Origin: Ranitomeya imitator
Taxonomy: Eukaryota
Reading direction: 5' to 3'
Length of the DNA: 64,000 bases
Assembly: GCF_032444005.1 (NCBI RefSeq)
Contig: NC_091290.1
Coordinates: 150,660,001 to 150,724,000 of the forward strand
Below, piece by piece: positions 30,415 to 64,000 of this stretch. Below the pieces are notes generated by a model. That model saw only the letters and a program-made list of their open reading frames with translations, searched no databases and had not been told where the DNA came from. Position numbers and translations under genes: made by a program. Numbering within the stretch: the stretch's first letter is position 1; each line of letters begins with the position of its first letter.

Positions 30415-33400
30415 GCTATATACTGGGAACACCCCACAAGACCCTCCGTATACCAGGAACAACCCACAAAACCCGCCATTTACCAGGAACACTCCAAAAA
30501 AAAAAAAAAAAACACCGTATACTGGGACACCCACAAGACCTGCCGTATACTGCGAACACCCCACAAGACCCTCAGTATACCAGGAACACCCCACAAGACA
30601 TGCCATATACTGGGAATACCCCACAAGACCCTCAGTATACAGGGAACACCCCACAAGACATGCCATATACTGGGAATACCCCACAAGACCTGCCATATAC
30701 TGGGAACACCCCACAAGACCCTCAGTATACAGGGAACACCCCACAAGACATGCCATAAACTGGGAGCACCCCACAAGACCCTCAGTATACAGGGAACACC
30801 CCACAAGACATGCCGTATACTGGGAACACCCCACAAGACATGCCATATACTGGGAACACCCCACAAGACCTGCCATATACTGGGACTTCCCCACAGGACA
30901 TGCCATATACTGGGAACACCCCACAGGACATGCCATATACTGGGAACACCCCACAAGACATGCCATATACTGGGAACACCCCACAAGACCCTCAGTATAC
31001 AGGCAACACCCCACAAAACATGCCATATACAGGGAATACCCCACAAGACCTGCCGTATACCAGGAACACCTCATAAGACCTGCCGTATACTGGGAACACC
31101 CCACAAGACCTGCCGTATACCGGGAACACCCCACAAGACATGCCATATACTGGGAACACCCCACAAGACCCGCCGTATACTGGGAACACCCCACAAGACC
31201 CTCAGTATACAGGGAACACCCCACAAGACATGCCATATACTGGGAACACCCCACAAGACATGCCATATACTGGGACTTCCCCACAGGACATGCCGTATAC
31301 TGGGAACACCCCACAAGACATGCCATATACTGGGAACACCCCACAAGACATGCCATATACCGGGAACACCCCACAAGACCTGCCGTATACTGGGAACACC
31401 CCACAAGACATGCCATATACAGGGAACACCCCACAAGACCTGCCGTATACTGGGAACACCCCACAAGACCCTCAGTATACAGGGAACACCCCACAAGACC
31501 TGCCATATACTGGGAACACCACACAAGACATGCCATATACAGGGAACACCCCACAAGACCTGCCGTATACTGGGAACACCCCACAAGACATGCCATATAC
31601 AGGGAACACCCCACAAGACCTGCCGTATACTGGGAACACCCCACAAGACCCTCAGTATACAGGGAACACCCCACAAGACCTGCCATATACTGGGAACACC
31701 ACACAAGACATGCCATATACAGGGAACACCCCACAAGACCTGCCATATACTGGGAACACCCCACAAGACCTGCCATATACAGGGAACACCCCACAAGACC
31801 TGCCATATACAGGGAACACCCCACAAGACCCGCCATATACTGGGAACACCCCACAAGACATGCCATATACTGGGAACACCCCACAAGACATGCCATATAC
31901 AGGGAACACCCCACAAGACCCGCCATATACTGGGAATACCTCACAAGACCTGCCATATACTGGGAACACCCCACAAGACCCTCAGTATACAGGGAACACC
32001 CCACAAGACATGCCATAAACTGGGAGCACCCCACAAGACCCTCAGTATACAGGGAACACCCCACAAGACATGCCGTATACTGGGAACACCCCACAAGACA
32101 TGCCATATACTGGGAACACCCCACAAGACATGCCATATACTGGGAACACCCCACAAGACCTGCCATATACTGGGACTTCCCCACAGGACATGCCATATAC
32201 TGGGAACACCCCACAGGACATGCCATATACTGGGAACACCCCACAAGACATGCCATATACTGGGAACACCCCACAAGACCCTCAGTATACAGGGAACACC
32301 CCACAAAACATGCCATATACAGGGAATACCCCACAAGACCCTCAGTATACAGGGAACACCCCACAAGACATGCCGTATACTGGGAACACCCCACAAGACA
32401 TGCCATATACTGGGAACACCCCACAAGACCTGCCATATACTGGGACTTCCCCACAGGACATGCCATATACTGGGAACACCCCACAGGACATGCCATATAC
32501 TGGGAACACCCCACAAGACATGCCATATACTGGGAACACCCCACAAGACCCTCAGTATACAGGGAACACCCCACAAAACATGCCATATACAGGGAATACC
32601 CCACAAGACCTGCCGTATACCAGGAACACCTCATAAGACCTGCCGTATACTGGGAACACCCCACAAGACCTGCCGTATACCGGGAACACCCCACAAGACC
32701 TGCCGTATACCGGGAACACCCCACAAGACCCTCAGTATACAGGGAACACCCCACAAGACATGCCATATACTGGGAACACCCCACAAGACATGCCATATAC
32801 TGGGACTTCCCCACAGGACATGCCGTATACTGGGAACACCCCACAAGACATGCCATATACTGGGAACACCCCACAAGACATGCCATATACCGGGAACACC
32901 CCACAAGACCTGCCGTATACTGGGAACACCCCACAAGACATGCCATATACAGGGAACACCCCACAAGACCTGCCGTATACTGGGAACACCCCACAAGACC
33001 CTCAGTATACAGGGAACACCCCACAAGACCTGCCATATACTGGGAACACCACACAAGACATGCCATATACAGGGAACACCCCACAAGACCCGCCATATAC
33101 TGGGAACACCCCACAAGACATGCCATATACTGGGAACACCCCACAAGACCCTCAGTATACAGGGAACACCCCACAAGACATGCCATATACAGGGAACACC
33201 CCACAAGACCCGCCATATACTGGGAACACCCCACAAGACCTGCCATATACTGGGACTTCCCCACAGGACTTGCCATATACTGGGAACACCCCACAAGACC
33301 TGCCATATACTGGGAACACCCCACAAGACATGCCATATACTGGGAACACCCCACAAGACCCTCAGTATACAGGGAACACCCCACAAGACATGCCATATAC

Positions 33401-33736
33401 AGGGAACACCCCACAAGACCCGCCATATACTGGGAACACCCCACAAGACCTGCCATATACTGGGACTTCCCCACAGGACTTGCCATATACTGGGAACACC
33501 CCACAAGACCTGCCATATACTGGGAACACCCCACAAGACATGCCATATACTGGGAACACCCCACAAGACCCTCAGTATACAGGGAACACCCCACAAGACA
33601 TGCCATATACAGGGAACACCCCACAAGACCCGCCATATACTGGGAACACCCCACAAGACCTGCCATATACTGGGACTTCCCCACAGGACTTGCCATATAC
33701 TGGGAACACCCCACAAGACATGCCATATATTGGGAC
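30415..33736 (+). repeat. 30-bp satellite, ~110 copies, with higher-order repeats
   Basis: Strict 30-nt period. It explains the 1141-aa, 1106-aa and related ORFs (YWEHPTRPAI; YTGNTPQDMP). Confidence 0.97.
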
Positions 33737-33737
33737 T

Positions 33738-34910
33738 ATTCCTCCCTCTACCTGTGAAGTGTTCCCCGTGCCGTTGGCTGCAGCACAACCCCACAGCACT
33801 GATCCACCCCCATGCTTAATGGGTGGCGAGATGTTATTTACCTGAGATTTTGTGCCCTTTTCTCCACACTTACTTTTAATCATTGTGGGCAAATATTTCT
33901 ATTTGATCCTCATCGGTCCACAGGCTTGTTTAGATACTCTTGACGCTGACGTTTATGGTGAGGTTGCAGGTTTTCTTCTGATGACTCTTCCATGACGGCC
34001 ATATTTGTGCAGGTGTCTCTGAACAGTAGAACAATGTACCACAACGCCAGAGTCTGCGGAATCTTTCTGAGGGTCTTTTGCAGTTAAGTGGGGGTTCTGA
34101 TGTACCTCTCTAGCAATCCTCTGAGCAGCTCTCACTGAAATGTTGCTTGGTCTTCCTTATCTTGACCTCCACTGTTCCGGATATCGGCCATTTCTCAATT
34201 ACATTTTGAACTGAGGAAAAGGCAACTTGTAAGTGCTTTTCTCGCTTCTTACAGCCTTCTCCTGCTTTGTGGCCTCCGCCATTCTCAGAGTGCTTTGTGG
34301 CCTCCGCCATTCTCAGAGTGCTTTGTGGCCTCCGCCATTCTCAGAGTGCTTTGTGGCCTCCGCCATTCTCAGAGTGCTTTGTGGCCTCCGCCATTCTCAG
34401 AGTGCTTTGTGGCCTCCGCCATTCTCAGAGTGCTTTGTGGCCTCCGCCATTCTCAGAGTGCTTTGTGGCCTCCGCCATTCTCAGAGTGCTTTGTGGCCTC
34501 CGCCATTCTCAGAGTGCTTTGTGGCCTCCGCCATTCTCAGAGTGCTTTGTGGCCTCCGCCATTCTCAGAGTGCTTTGTGGCCTCCGCCATTCTCAGAGTG
34601 CTTTGTGGCCTCCGCCATTCTCAGAGTGCTTTGTGGCCTCCGCCATTCTCAGAGTGCTTTGTGGCCTCCGCCATTCTCAGAGTGCTTTGTGGCCTCCGCC
34701 ATTCTCAGAGTGCTCGGCAGCGTCTCACAAGATCCCATGGCTGCTGGATTTTGGATAGAGGAGGCTGGGTTTTTATAAAGCTGGAAATCTGCATAACCCG
34801 GCCTGTCCTAACGATGATGGTGAACAAACCAGAACCCTAACAGGTTAATTAAAACCTTGGTCAACGTTATCTGAGTATACAAATCTCCAAGGGTGCACAA
34901 ACTATTGCTT
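33738..34910 (-). mobile_element. Truncated Tc1/mariner element (N-terminal half of transposase, pseudogenised)
   Basis: Minus-strand fragments read PPIKHGGGSVLWGCAAANGTGNTSQVEG, HCSTVQRHLHKYGRHGRVIRRKP and SSVQNVIEKWPISGTVEVK. A TIR-like agggtgcacaaactattgc lies at ~34890. Confidence 0.8.
34267..34712. repeat. 28-bp perfect minisatellite (gtgctttgtggcctccgccattctcaga), ~16 copies, inside the Tc1 transposase start
   Basis: The copies are essentially identical. Confidence 0.97.
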
Positions 34911-35144
34911 TTTGTAATTTTTAAATTGTAAAAATTTTTTTTTTTTTTTTTTTTACCTCAAATACTTAACCACACGGCCTATAAAGTGACAGAAACCATG
35001 GCGCCACGTAACAGCAGCCATATAACCATGAAGCACCTATTTAATCAGCTATACATGGACTGAGCTCACCTCACTTCACCAATGCACAGCTACACCGAGC
35101 CTACATGCTGCTTCAAGAAGCAGAGAAGCCATCTTTGTTGCCTC

Positions 35145-35221
35145 TAGCAACCAATCACAGCACATCTTCCATTCCATTTTCTGGTCTGGTAGAATGAAAG
35201 CTGAGCTGTGATTGGTTGTTA
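35145..35221. mobile_element. Small palindromic repeat remnant (MITE-like)
   Basis: tagcaaccaatcacagc (35145-35161) / gctgtgattggttgtta (35205-35221), a 16/17 inverted match. Confidence 0.4.
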
Positions 35222-35861
35222 TGGGCTATAAACTCTCAAGGAGGACAACAGGAATGTATAGTGATTTCACTAGGCACGGCGGCCATATTGGCGGTCACCT
35301 CATGAGAGGAGATTTGGGACAAATCCGCCGTCTCCATATTATCTTTATCCCTCGTACTAACATTGTCGAACCCTGAGGAGCAGTTGCCATTAGCAACCAA
35401 GTGATTGCTGATTCCCGCAATGCCTCAGAAACACTGCCGCGCGGGTTATTTCACCGCCATTATGAAAGGGGTTTATAATTTGCAATATAGATTAACCCCT
35501 TTGGGTCTGTACGCACCACGTCTTATTCAGGCGGCCAAACATGTCTTTTGAAAATGAAGACGCTCCTTTTCCCTGGAGTTTTGTAAACCAGAAGTGTCTT
35601 TTTTTGTTTGTTTTTTTGTAGTAGTTTCCCGAGAAATTTTCCTACTTTTTTTTTTACAACTATGTGGTTTTTTACAAACTTTTATTTCAGCCTTTTTTTT
35701 TGCCGACTTTTTGTGACTTTTTTTAAAAATTTCCATTAAACGTTAAAAAAGACGCTATTTTTTTTTTAAAGGAAAGATGTGGACACTTGGTTATCCTCCG
35801 AGTGTCATTTTGAGCCTTCCCATTATTACTAATATTATTATTTATTATTATTCCATGGACT

Positions 35862-37010
35862 GGATCATACATGTACATATACAGATACTGGCTGATGAGG
35901 GATCATACATGTACATATACAGATACTGGCTGATGACCGGATCATACATGTACATATACAGATACCGGCTGATGACCGGATCATACATGTACATATACAG
36001 ATACCGGCTGATGACGGATCATACATGTACATATACAGACACCGGCTGATGAGGGATCATACATGTACATATACAGATACCGGCTGATGACCGGATCATA
36101 CATGTACATATACAGATACCGGCTGATGAGTGGATCATACATGTACATATACAGATCCTGGCTGATGACGGATCATACATGTACATATACAGATACCGGC
36201 TGATGACGGATCATACATGTACATATACAGATACCGGCTGATGACGGATCATACATGTACATATACAGATACCGGCTGATGACGGATCATACATGTACAT
36301 ATACAGATACTGGCTGATGACGGATCATACATATACATATACAGATACTGGCTGATGACGGATCATACATGTACATATACAGATCCTGGCTGATGACGGA
36401 TCATACATGTACATATACAGATACCGGCTGATGACGGATCATACATGTACATATACAGATACCGGCTGATGACGGATCATACATGTACATATACAGATCC
36501 TGGCTGATGACGGATCATACATGTACATATACAGATCCTGGCTGATGACGGATCATACATGTACATATACAGATACCGGCTGATGACGGATCATACATGT
36601 ACATATACAGATACCGGCTGATGACGGATCATACATGTACATATACAGATACCGGCTGATGACGGATCATACATGTACATATACAGATACTGGCTGATGA
36701 CGGATCATACATATACATATACAGATACTGGCTGATGACGGATCATACATGTACATATACAGATCCTGGCTGATGACGGATCATACATGTACATATACAG
36801 ATACCGGCTGATGACGGATCATACATGTACATATACAGATACCGGCTGATGACGGATCATACATGTACATATACAGATCCTGGCTGATGACGGATCATAC
36901 ATGTACATATACAGATCCTGGCTGATGACGGATCATACATGTACATATACAGATACCGGCTGATGACGGATCATACATGTACATATACAGATACCGGCTG
37001 ATGACGGATC
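35862..37010. repeat. 38-bp minisatellite (ggatcatacatgtacatatacagataccggctgatgac), ~30 copies
   Basis: 38-nt period (for example 36181 to 36219), with a few 39-nt variants. Confidence 0.96.
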
Positions 37011-37129
37011 CTGCACCTTTACATGATAACCCTTATTATTTTAATAATGGCCGGACCGTCCATGATGACACTTTCTATTATGTCCTCCATTTCCTTATAG
37101 AGTGTCATCGTGCGAGCAGCAGGACCCTC

Positions 37130-37255
37130 ACTCCTCCTGTCACTGCTGAGCTATGGGTTACTGTGTATTGTTTCTATAGTCTGTACATGTCCCCGCTAAT
37201 TGTACAGAGCCGTGGAATATGTTGGCGCTATATAAATAAAATTATTATTATTAAT
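37130..37255 (+). mobile_element. L2/SINE-type 3' tail fragment
   Basis: tgtacagagccgtggaatatgttggcgctatataaataaaattattattatt resembles the L2-type terminal stem-loop plus (ATT)n. Confidence 0.55.
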
Positions 37256-37599
37256 CTCAGCCACTGACAGCAAACAGAGCACAAGACCACACCCTCCCCA
37301 GAGCCCTGGAGGACTACAAGTCCACTCATGCCCTGACCCCCAGTGCATGCTGGGAGAGCTGCACATCCACATCTGGAGCCCCCAGGAAACCTCCAGCTGC
37401 TGAGGTGGGACGAGTCCATGTCAGGTGACTTGGGGGACGACCACCATTACTGAGGCGGCCTCACACCCACGTCAGCTCTCGGCACAGTAATCATTCCTGG
37501 TCGCTGATGAGATCCGTTTTGCTCTTGTTCTCTCATTCACTACGTTTCCTACGACCACGCAGCCCCCCCTGGACGATGAATGGTTCCATCCTCGCCGCC

Positions 37600-37980
37600 T
37601 GCCTTGCATTTGATTGGCAGCCCGCTAAACCACTAGATGTTGAGTAGAGGGGCGGGGTCCCGGCAGAGCCCGCCCACTGTGAGTGACAGGCAGCCTCCAC
37701 CATCCACGACAGCGCTTTTTTTGCTCTCCTTCTTGTCAGTGATGAAAAGAGTGACAGGGAATATTGACCAATCAGAGCGGCCACTTTCACTATGTGGGCG
37801 GTCCTCACTTAGCAGCCAGCCAATGGCGTGGCTTGGCATAGCGGGCCGCGGGCGGGTCATCGTGTCAGCGCTGGGGCGCCAGCCGATCACTTGTAACGGT
37901 TTGTGTGTGACGGTGACATAACGGCGAGAAACGGAAGCCCCGGGGACACCGGAGCCCGGACGGGGGGACGGACGGAAGGC
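37600..37980 (+). promoter_or_regulatory. ZCCHC14: Probable CpG-island promoter of ZCCHC14
   Basis: ATTGG at 37613-37617; CCAAT at 37768-37772 and 37820-37824; GC boxes at ~37649-37657 and ~37850; two ACGGAAG (ETS-like) motifs at ~37931 and ~37972; CpG-rich. Confidence 0.7.
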
Positions 37981-38197
37981 CGCGCCTCGTGTTCCTGGGG
38001 AGCCGTCTAGTCTGCCACCGTCGGTGCTGTTTGTGTCTCCCTCACACGGTCATCCAGACGGACACCCGCCGGGAGAGGGCGGCAGCGGCTCACCCGCAGC
38101 CGGGAGGAGCGTCCGAGCACGGGGAGGCCGGGACTGTCGCGATAGCTCCTGACCTATTACGTTCTTGTCACGATAGGCCCCGCCCCGGAGGCTCCTG
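37900..38197 (+). other. ZCCHC14: Putative non-coding first exon of ZCCHC14 (start approximate)
   Basis: ATG-free GC-rich segment after the promoter motifs, ending in a strong donor CTG|GTGAGT at 38198. A matching acceptor ttctttgtctccacag lies at 41436. Confidence 0.55.
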
Positions 38198-38254
38198 GTG
38201 AGTGATAGACACGGCACCTTTCCCCATCGGCGACAGCTGAGAGCCTGTCACCGC

Positions 38255-38745
38255 GGTATATAGAGGTCTGTATCGGTATATAGAGGAATATAAGGGTATA
38301 TAGAGGTCTGTAGCGGAATATAAGGGTATATAGAGGTCTGTAGCGGAATATAAGGGTATATAGAGGTCTGTAGCGATGTATAGAGGTCTGTAGCGGAATG
38401 TAAGGGTCTATAGCGATGTATAGAGGTCTGTAGTGGTATATAGCGGAATATAAGGGTATATAGAGGTCTGTAGCGATGTATAGAGGTCTGTAGTGGTATA
38501 TAGCGGAATATAAGGGTATATAGAGGTCTGTAGCGATGTATAGAGGTCTGTAGTGGTATATAGCGGAATATAAGGGTATATAGAGGTCTGTAGCGGTGTA
38601 TAGCGGCATATAAGAGTACATAGAGGTCTGTAGCGGAATGTACGGGTCTATAGCGGTAAGTAGAGGTATAAAGAGGTCTGTAGCGATGTGTAGAGGTCTG
38701 TAGCGATGTATAAATGTATAGCAGGATATAAGGGTCTATAACAGT
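38255..38745. repeat. ~30-bp minisatellite (tatatagaggtctgtagcggaatataaggg) with variants
   Basis: Visible tandem units. Confidence 0.9.
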
Positions 38746-38759
38746 ATATAGTGCTATCA

Positions 38760-40500
38760 TGTACAGTGCTTTGTATAATGTACAGTAGTATATAATGTGC
38801 AGTGCTGTCTATAATGTGCAGTGCTGTGTAATGTGCAGTGTGATGGATATACAGTGTAATGTGCAGTGTGATGGATATACAGTGTAATGTGCAGTGTGAT
38901 GGATATACAGTGTAATGTGCAGTGTGATGGATATACAGTGTAATGTGCAGTGTGATATACGGTGTAGTGTACAGTGTGATTGATATACGGTGTAGTGTAC
39001 AGTGTGATTGATATACGGTGTAGTGTACAGTGTGATGGATATACGGTGTAGTGTACAGTGTGATATACGGTGTAGTGTACAGTGTGATATACGGTGTAGT
39101 GTACAGTGTGATTGATATATGGTGTAGTGTACAGTGTGATGGATATACGGTGTAGTGTACAGTGTGATATACGGTGTAGTGTACAGTGTGATATACGGTG
39201 TAGTGTACAGTGTGATTGATATATGGTGTAGTGTACAGTGTGATTGATATACAGTGTGATAGATATATGTTGTAATGTACAGTGTGATATACGGTGTAGT
39301 GTACAGTGTGATAGATATACGGTGTAATGTACAGTGTGATATACAGTGTAGTGTACAATGTGACAGATATAGTGTGACAGATGTACAGTGTATTGTACGG
39401 TGTGACGGATATACAGTGTAATGTACAGTGTGACGGATATACAGTGTAATGTACAGTGTGATGGATATACAGTGTAGTTTACAGTGTGAAAGATATACAG
39501 TGTAATGTACAGTGATAGATATACAGTGTAGTGTACAGTGTGATAGATATACAGTGTAATGTACAGAGTGCTATACGGTGTAGTGTACAGTGTGATATAC
39601 GGTGTAGTGTACAGTGTAATAGATATATGGTGTAATGTACAGTGTGATATACGGTGTAGTGTGACAGATGTACAGTGTGACAGATGTACAGTGTGACAGA
39701 TGTACAGTGTGACAGATGTACAGTGTGACAGATGTACAGTGTGACTAGTGTACAGTGTGACTAGTGTACAGTGTGATAGATATGCAGTGTAGTGTACAGT
39801 GTGATAGATATACAGTGTAATGTACAGAGTGCTATACGGTGTTGTGTACAGTGTGATATACGGTGTAGTGTACAGTGTAATAGATATACGGTGTAATGTA
39901 CAGTGTGATATACGGTGTAGTGTGACAGATGTACAGTGTGACAGATGTACAGTGTGACAGATGTACAGTGTGACAGATGTACAGTGTGACAGATGTACAG
40001 TGTGACTGATGTACAGTGTGATAGATGTGTAGTGTACAGTGTGATAGATATGCAGTGTAGTGTACAGTGTGATAGATATGCAGTGTAGTGTACAGTGTGA
40101 TAGATATGCAGTGTAGTGTACAGTGTGATAGATATACGGTGTAGTGTACAGTGTGATAGATATGCAGTGTAGTGTACAGTGTGATAGATATACGGTGTAG
40201 TGTACAGTGTGATAGATATGCAGTGTAGTGTACAGTGTGATAGATATACGGTGTAGTGTGACAGATGTACAGTGTGACGAATATACAGTGTAAGGTACAG
40301 TGTGATTGATATACGATGTAGTGTACAGTGTGACGGATATACAGTGTAGTGTACAGTGTGATAGATATACGGTGTAGTGTACAGTGTGATGGATGTGCAG
40401 TGTGATGGATGTGCAGTGTGATGGATGGATGTGCAGTGTGATGGATGGATGTGCAGTGTGATGGATATATACGGTGTAGTGTGCACGGTGATGGATGTAC
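38760..40500. repeat. G/T-rich satellite of ~24-28-bp (gtgtagtgtacagtgtgatagatatacg) and 16-bp (gtgtgacagatgtaca) units
   Basis: Visible tandem units. Confidence 0.92.
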
Positions 40501-41300
40501 TGTATATCCCCTCTCTTCTCTGTTTCTTCCAGTATCCCCCCCTCTTCTCTGTTTTCCCCCCCAGTATCCCCTCTCTTCTGTTTCCCCCCATTATCCGCTC
40601 TCTTCGGTGTCCCCCCTGTATCCCCTCTCTTCTATGTAGCCCCCCAGTATCCCCTCTCTTCTGTTTTCCCCCAGTATCCTCTCTTCTGTGTTCCCCCAGT
40701 ATCCCCTCTCTTCTGTTTTCCCCCAGTATCCTCTCTTCTGTTTCCCCCAGTATCCCCTCTGTTTTCTTGTTTCCCCCCAGTATCCCCTCTGTTCTGTTTC
40801 CCCCCAGTATCCCCTCTCTTCTGTGTTCCCCCCAGTATCCCCTCTCTTCTCTTTCCTCCCATTATCCCCTCTCTTCTGTGTTCCCCCAGTATCCCCTCTC
40901 TTCTCTTTCCTCCCATTATCCCCTCTCTTCTGTGTTCCCCCAGTATCCCCTCTCTTCTGTTTCCCCCAGTATCCCCTCTGTTCTGTTTCCCCCCAGTATC
41001 CCCTCTCTTCTGTGTTCCCCCAGTATCCCCTCTCTTCTGTTTCCCCTCAGTATCTCCTCTCTTCTATGTAGCCCACCAGTATCCCCTCTGTTTTCTTGTT
41101 TCCCCCCAGTATCCCCTCTGTTCTGTTTCCCCCCAGTATCCCCTCTCTTCTGTGTTCCCCCCAGTATCCCCTCTCTTCTCTTTCCTCCCATTATCCCCTC
41201 TCTTCTGTGTTCCCCCCCGTATCCCCTCTGTTCTCTTTTTCCCCTCAGTATCTCCTCTCTTCTATGTAGCCCACCAGTATCCCCTCTCTTCTGTGATTTC
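40500..41300. repeat. Pyrimidine-rich ~28-30-bp minisatellite (ccccccagtatcccctctcttctgttt)
   Basis: Visible tandem units, ending ~135 nt before the 41436 acceptor. Confidence 0.9.
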
Positions 41301-41558
41301 CATCTTCTTCGTGTGTCGTGTTATTTCTGGTCCCCATATCCCAGTGATATTTTTCTGGGATACCCCTTGTCCCCGCTGTTTGCCCCCATCACCCAGCGGC
41401 TGCCCTTGGCCCTCACACCATTCTTTGTCTCCACAGATGTCATGATCGCGGCTTGGTGAGCACCGGACCCATCAGATGGAGCCGTCCCGGTGAGAGCTCC
41501 TCCTGGCAGCAGCTCCCGGCCCCGGCGGAGAAGGCGGAGGTGGGCCGCCCCAGAGTAG

Positions 41559-63424
<21,866 letters not shown>

Positions 63425-63742
63425 GTAACGTACTGCTCGATTTCCCCCCCCCCCCCCCCCACCCCCTACATTCAGTCGGGGGTCTGCAGAGCCGAGCGGG
63501 GGGACCCCCAGTGATCAAGATGTTATCCCCTATCCGATTCACAGGGGGCAACTTCTGTCTTAGGTGCAAGCTAGTTAACCCTTCGCGTCATCCTCGGTAC
63601 AGGTACACCCTGCATGTGAGCTCCAACCAGGCAGCTATCGGGCCCCTGCGTGAAGTTATCAGGGCCCCATGTCTACCATGTTAGATCTATGAAGCCCACG
63701 GCATAAAAGATGGCCGGATTCACAATCCATCACCATGCTATG

Positions 63743-64000
63743 AGGGTATGTGCACACGTTGCGGATTTTGCTGCGGATCTGCCGCTGTTTTCCATGAGTT
63801 TACAGTACCATGTAAACCTATGGAAAACAAAATCCGCAGTGCGCATGCTGCGGAAAAAAGACACGTAACATGTTCATTCTTTGTGCGGATTCTGCAGCGG
63901 TTTACACCTGCTCCATAATAGGAATCCGCAGGTGGAATCCGCACAAAAACTGCATTTAATCCGCAGGTAAAACGTAGTGCTTTTTACCTGCTGATTTTTC
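63743..64000. mobile_element. Palindromic MITE-like element (truncated by window end)
   Basis: Starts agggtatgtgcacacgttgcggatt, the reverse complement of the end of the 29305-29660 element, with the same tgcggat/atccgca internal motifs. Confidence 0.7.

Noticed and set aside
35862-37010. CTGATGA (hammerhead box) in every 38-bp unit, recalling newt satellite-2 ribozymes
   Set aside because: The unit has no GAAA box and no stem II, so a hammerhead core cannot form.
63425-63684. 3' read-through of exon 12 as the ZCCHC14 C-terminus
   Set aside because: There is a donor at 63425, a poly-C tract follows, and the peptide has no resemblance to the conserved short terminal exon, which must lie beyond the window.

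Overview
Vertebrate genomic DNA, very likely a neobatrachian frog (inferred from the repeat families, not proven). It holds two divergently oriented genes. JPH3 (junctophilin-3) coding exon 1 is on the minus strand at 9300-9681. ZCCHC14 is on the plus strand, with 12 coding exons from 41622 to 63424 that I traced by GT-AG boundaries and phase; the last exon lies beyond the window, and a probable CpG-island promoter and non-coding first exon sit at about 37.6-38.2 kb. The same head-to-head pair exists in human 16q24. A perfect tRNA-Gly(GCC) gene lies between them. Roughly 55% of the window (about 35 kb by my tally) is made of about 20 different minisatellite or satellite arrays, and these produce almost all the long ORFs in the supplied track, which are not genes. 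Interspersed elements include three Tc1/mariner remnants, an L2 LINE 3' end, a split CR1, a young tRNA-derived SINE with an 11-bp TSD and several MITE-like remnants. There are no prokaryotic features and no CRISPR array. I found no clear-cut new biological system. The best leads are a roughly 86-copy CTCF-motif-like array in ZCCHC14 intron 3, two consecutive in-frame stop-free short introns upstream of the SAM-domain exon, a uORF cluster in the ZCCHC14 leader, a 78-bp satellite reading as a pseudo-C2H2 array, and a pattern of nearly one different minisatellite per intron.
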